Below are positions 62,720-64,000 of a stretch of 64,000 nucleotides of DNA, piece by piece. Numbering within the stretch: position 1 is the stretch's first letter; each line of letters starts with the position of its first letter. The DNA comes from Candidatus Hydrogenedentota bacterium (GTDB taxonomy: Bacteria > Hydrogenedentota > Hydrogenedentia > Hydrogenedentales > SLHB01), in assembly GCA_963668025.2 (NCBI GenBank), contig CAXXTH010000011.1, positions 32,001-96,000 on the forward strand, in the 5' to 3' direction. A program made the translations under genes and the position numbers. Below the pieces are notes generated by a model that was given only the letters and a program-made list of their open reading frames with translations, did not search any database and was not told the origin of the DNA.

Positions 62720-64000
62720 ATGAACCAAACAGTATTAGGCGCTTTAAGTGGAATGGACATCTCCGTGATTGTGCTGTCCATTATCATCGTGCTGGTGGTG
62801 GGTTTAGTTGTTTCTCGCAAGAGAACTGGCACCAGTGAAGGATACTTCCTGGCGGGCCGTTCGATGCCGTGGTGGATCATCGGCCCCAGTTTCGTGGCCA
62901 CAAGCGTCTCGAGCGAGCAGATGGTGGGCACCATCGGTATAACGTACTCGGAAGGCATGGGGATCGCCAACTGGGAATGGTTCGCTATGCCTATGTATGC
63001 CATTTTGCTAGTTTTTTTTCTGCCGGTATTGCTTAAGAGCCGGATCACTACAGTGCCGGAGTATTACCGCATGCGCTTCGGCCCCCTATGCGGAGATATC
63101 TATACTTGGGTCATGCTGATCGCTTATGTTTTCTTGTTCACGGTCACGGTGTTATACAGCGGTGCTCTTGCCTTTTCTGAAGTCACCGGCTGGAATTTAT
63201 ATCTTGTTATATGGCTGATTTCTATTTTTGTAGGCGCGTATACGATTCGTGGCGGTATGGCGTCCGTCATGTGGACGAACCTAGTGCAGTGTGTCATGCT
63301 ACTCGGTGGCGGAACCCTGCTGTTTTTCTTGGCGTTAGACAAAATACCGGGCGGATGGAGCGCCATGGCGCAGGCCACTCCGGAACGATTCCATTTATAC
63401 CAGCCTATAGATCACCCCAAAGCGCCTTTCTTGGGTATGTGCCTTGCGAGTATTGGCATATTCTTGTTCTACCAAGTGGGCAACCAATATATGATTCAGC
63501 GAATCCTCGGGGCGCGTTCGACCTGGGATGGGTTGATGGGGCTCGTATTTAGCGGCTTCATTAACTTCATTCGTCCTTTGACCACTTGTTTTTTGGGTTT
63601 GGTGGTATTTTACTGGATCCACACGATGAAGATGGCGGAGCCATTAGAGAATCCCGATACAACGTTTCCGTTTGCTCTAAAAACCTTCGCAGGTTCTTGG
63701 GGATTGCGTGGATTTATTCTAGCAGGATTCCTAGCGGCAGTTACTTCTACGCTGAGTTCATTGATTAACTCAACATCGACTATTTTTGCTCTCGATGTAT
63801 ATAAACGAAAAATTAATGTCGAGGCCAGTGAATCACAGATGGTTAGAGCAGGGATGATCGCAGCTATTTGCGCCTTGTTTATATCGACGTTCGTTGCGCC
63901 GCTCCTCGTCGCCAAAGTAGGTATTTTCACCTATTTTCAAACGGGAGCAGCCTATTTGGCCAGCCCCTTCATCGCTGTATTTATTATGGGCATTCTGTGG
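62720..64000 (+). CDS. Sodium:solute symporter (SLC5/SSS family), runs off the window end
   Basis: Translated by eye from ATG 62720 (or GTG 62705): EGYFLAGRSMPWW, SSEQMVG, ANWEW, YTIRGGM.SVMWT and NQYMIQR. Confidence 0.9.
   Translation, partial: MNQTVLGALSGMDISVIVLSIIIVLVVGLVVSRKRTGTSEGYFLAGRSMPWWIIGPSFVATSVSSEQMVGTIGITYSEGMGIANWEWFAMPMYAILLVFFLPVLLKSRITTVPEYYRMRFGPLCGDIYTWVMLIAYVFLFTVTVLYSGALAFSEVTGWNLYLVIWLISIFVGAYTIRGGMASVMWTNLVQCVMLLGGGTLLFFLALDKIPGGWSAMAQATPERFHLYQPIDHPKAPFLGMCLASIGIFLFYQVGNQYMIQRILGARSTWDGLMGLVFSGFINFIRPLTTCFLGLVVFYWIHTMKMAEPLENPDTTFPFALKTFAGSWGLRGFILAGFLAAVTSTLSSLINSTSTIFALDVYKRKINVEASESQMVRAGMIAAICALFISTFVAPLLVAKVGIFTYFQTGAAYLASPFIAVFIMGILW

Overview
A GC-rich bacterial chromosomal window. 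The DUF1559/H-X9-DG prepilin-like gene and overall gene content suggest Candidatus Hydrogenedentota or a similar lineage; this is an inference. From left to right it holds: carbohydrate catabolism genes (araD, GH172/DUF2961, GH36); sanA and leuA; an AT-richer two-gene DUF4365 nuclease-fold module downstream of tRNA-Ala(CGC); a GH2 beta-galactosidase; a HEAT/hypothetical islet bracketed by a ~150-bp promoter-containing direct repeat; and gpsA. Next comes a ~17-kb nucleotide-sugar cluster (17356-34281). It combines the CDP-3,6-dideoxyhexose pathway (rfbFGH plus a reductase) with a YerE-like ThDP enzyme, a DmpF/DmpG aldolase-dehydrogenase pair, aminotransferases, a GNAT, a GtrB-like GT2, two paralogous small membrane proteins and a GT-C-like membrane protein. 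After that: a TetR-regulated MacAB-TolC-type exporter, an unannotated 50-aa ORF, TIGR02757, a peroxiredoxin, a sigma54-driven Psp operon with three PspB-like genes, MauE/DoxX, LemA, DUF362 plus a polyferredoxin, and an AraC/DUF1559/DegT/GH2/sodium-solute-symporter locus that runs off the right end. Several intergenic palindromic (REP-like) repeat families are present. The strongest novelty candidates are the branched (possibly amino) sugar synthesis and lipid-carrier transfer system, and the DUF4365 two-gene module. All family assignments come from motif recognition by eye; no searches were run.
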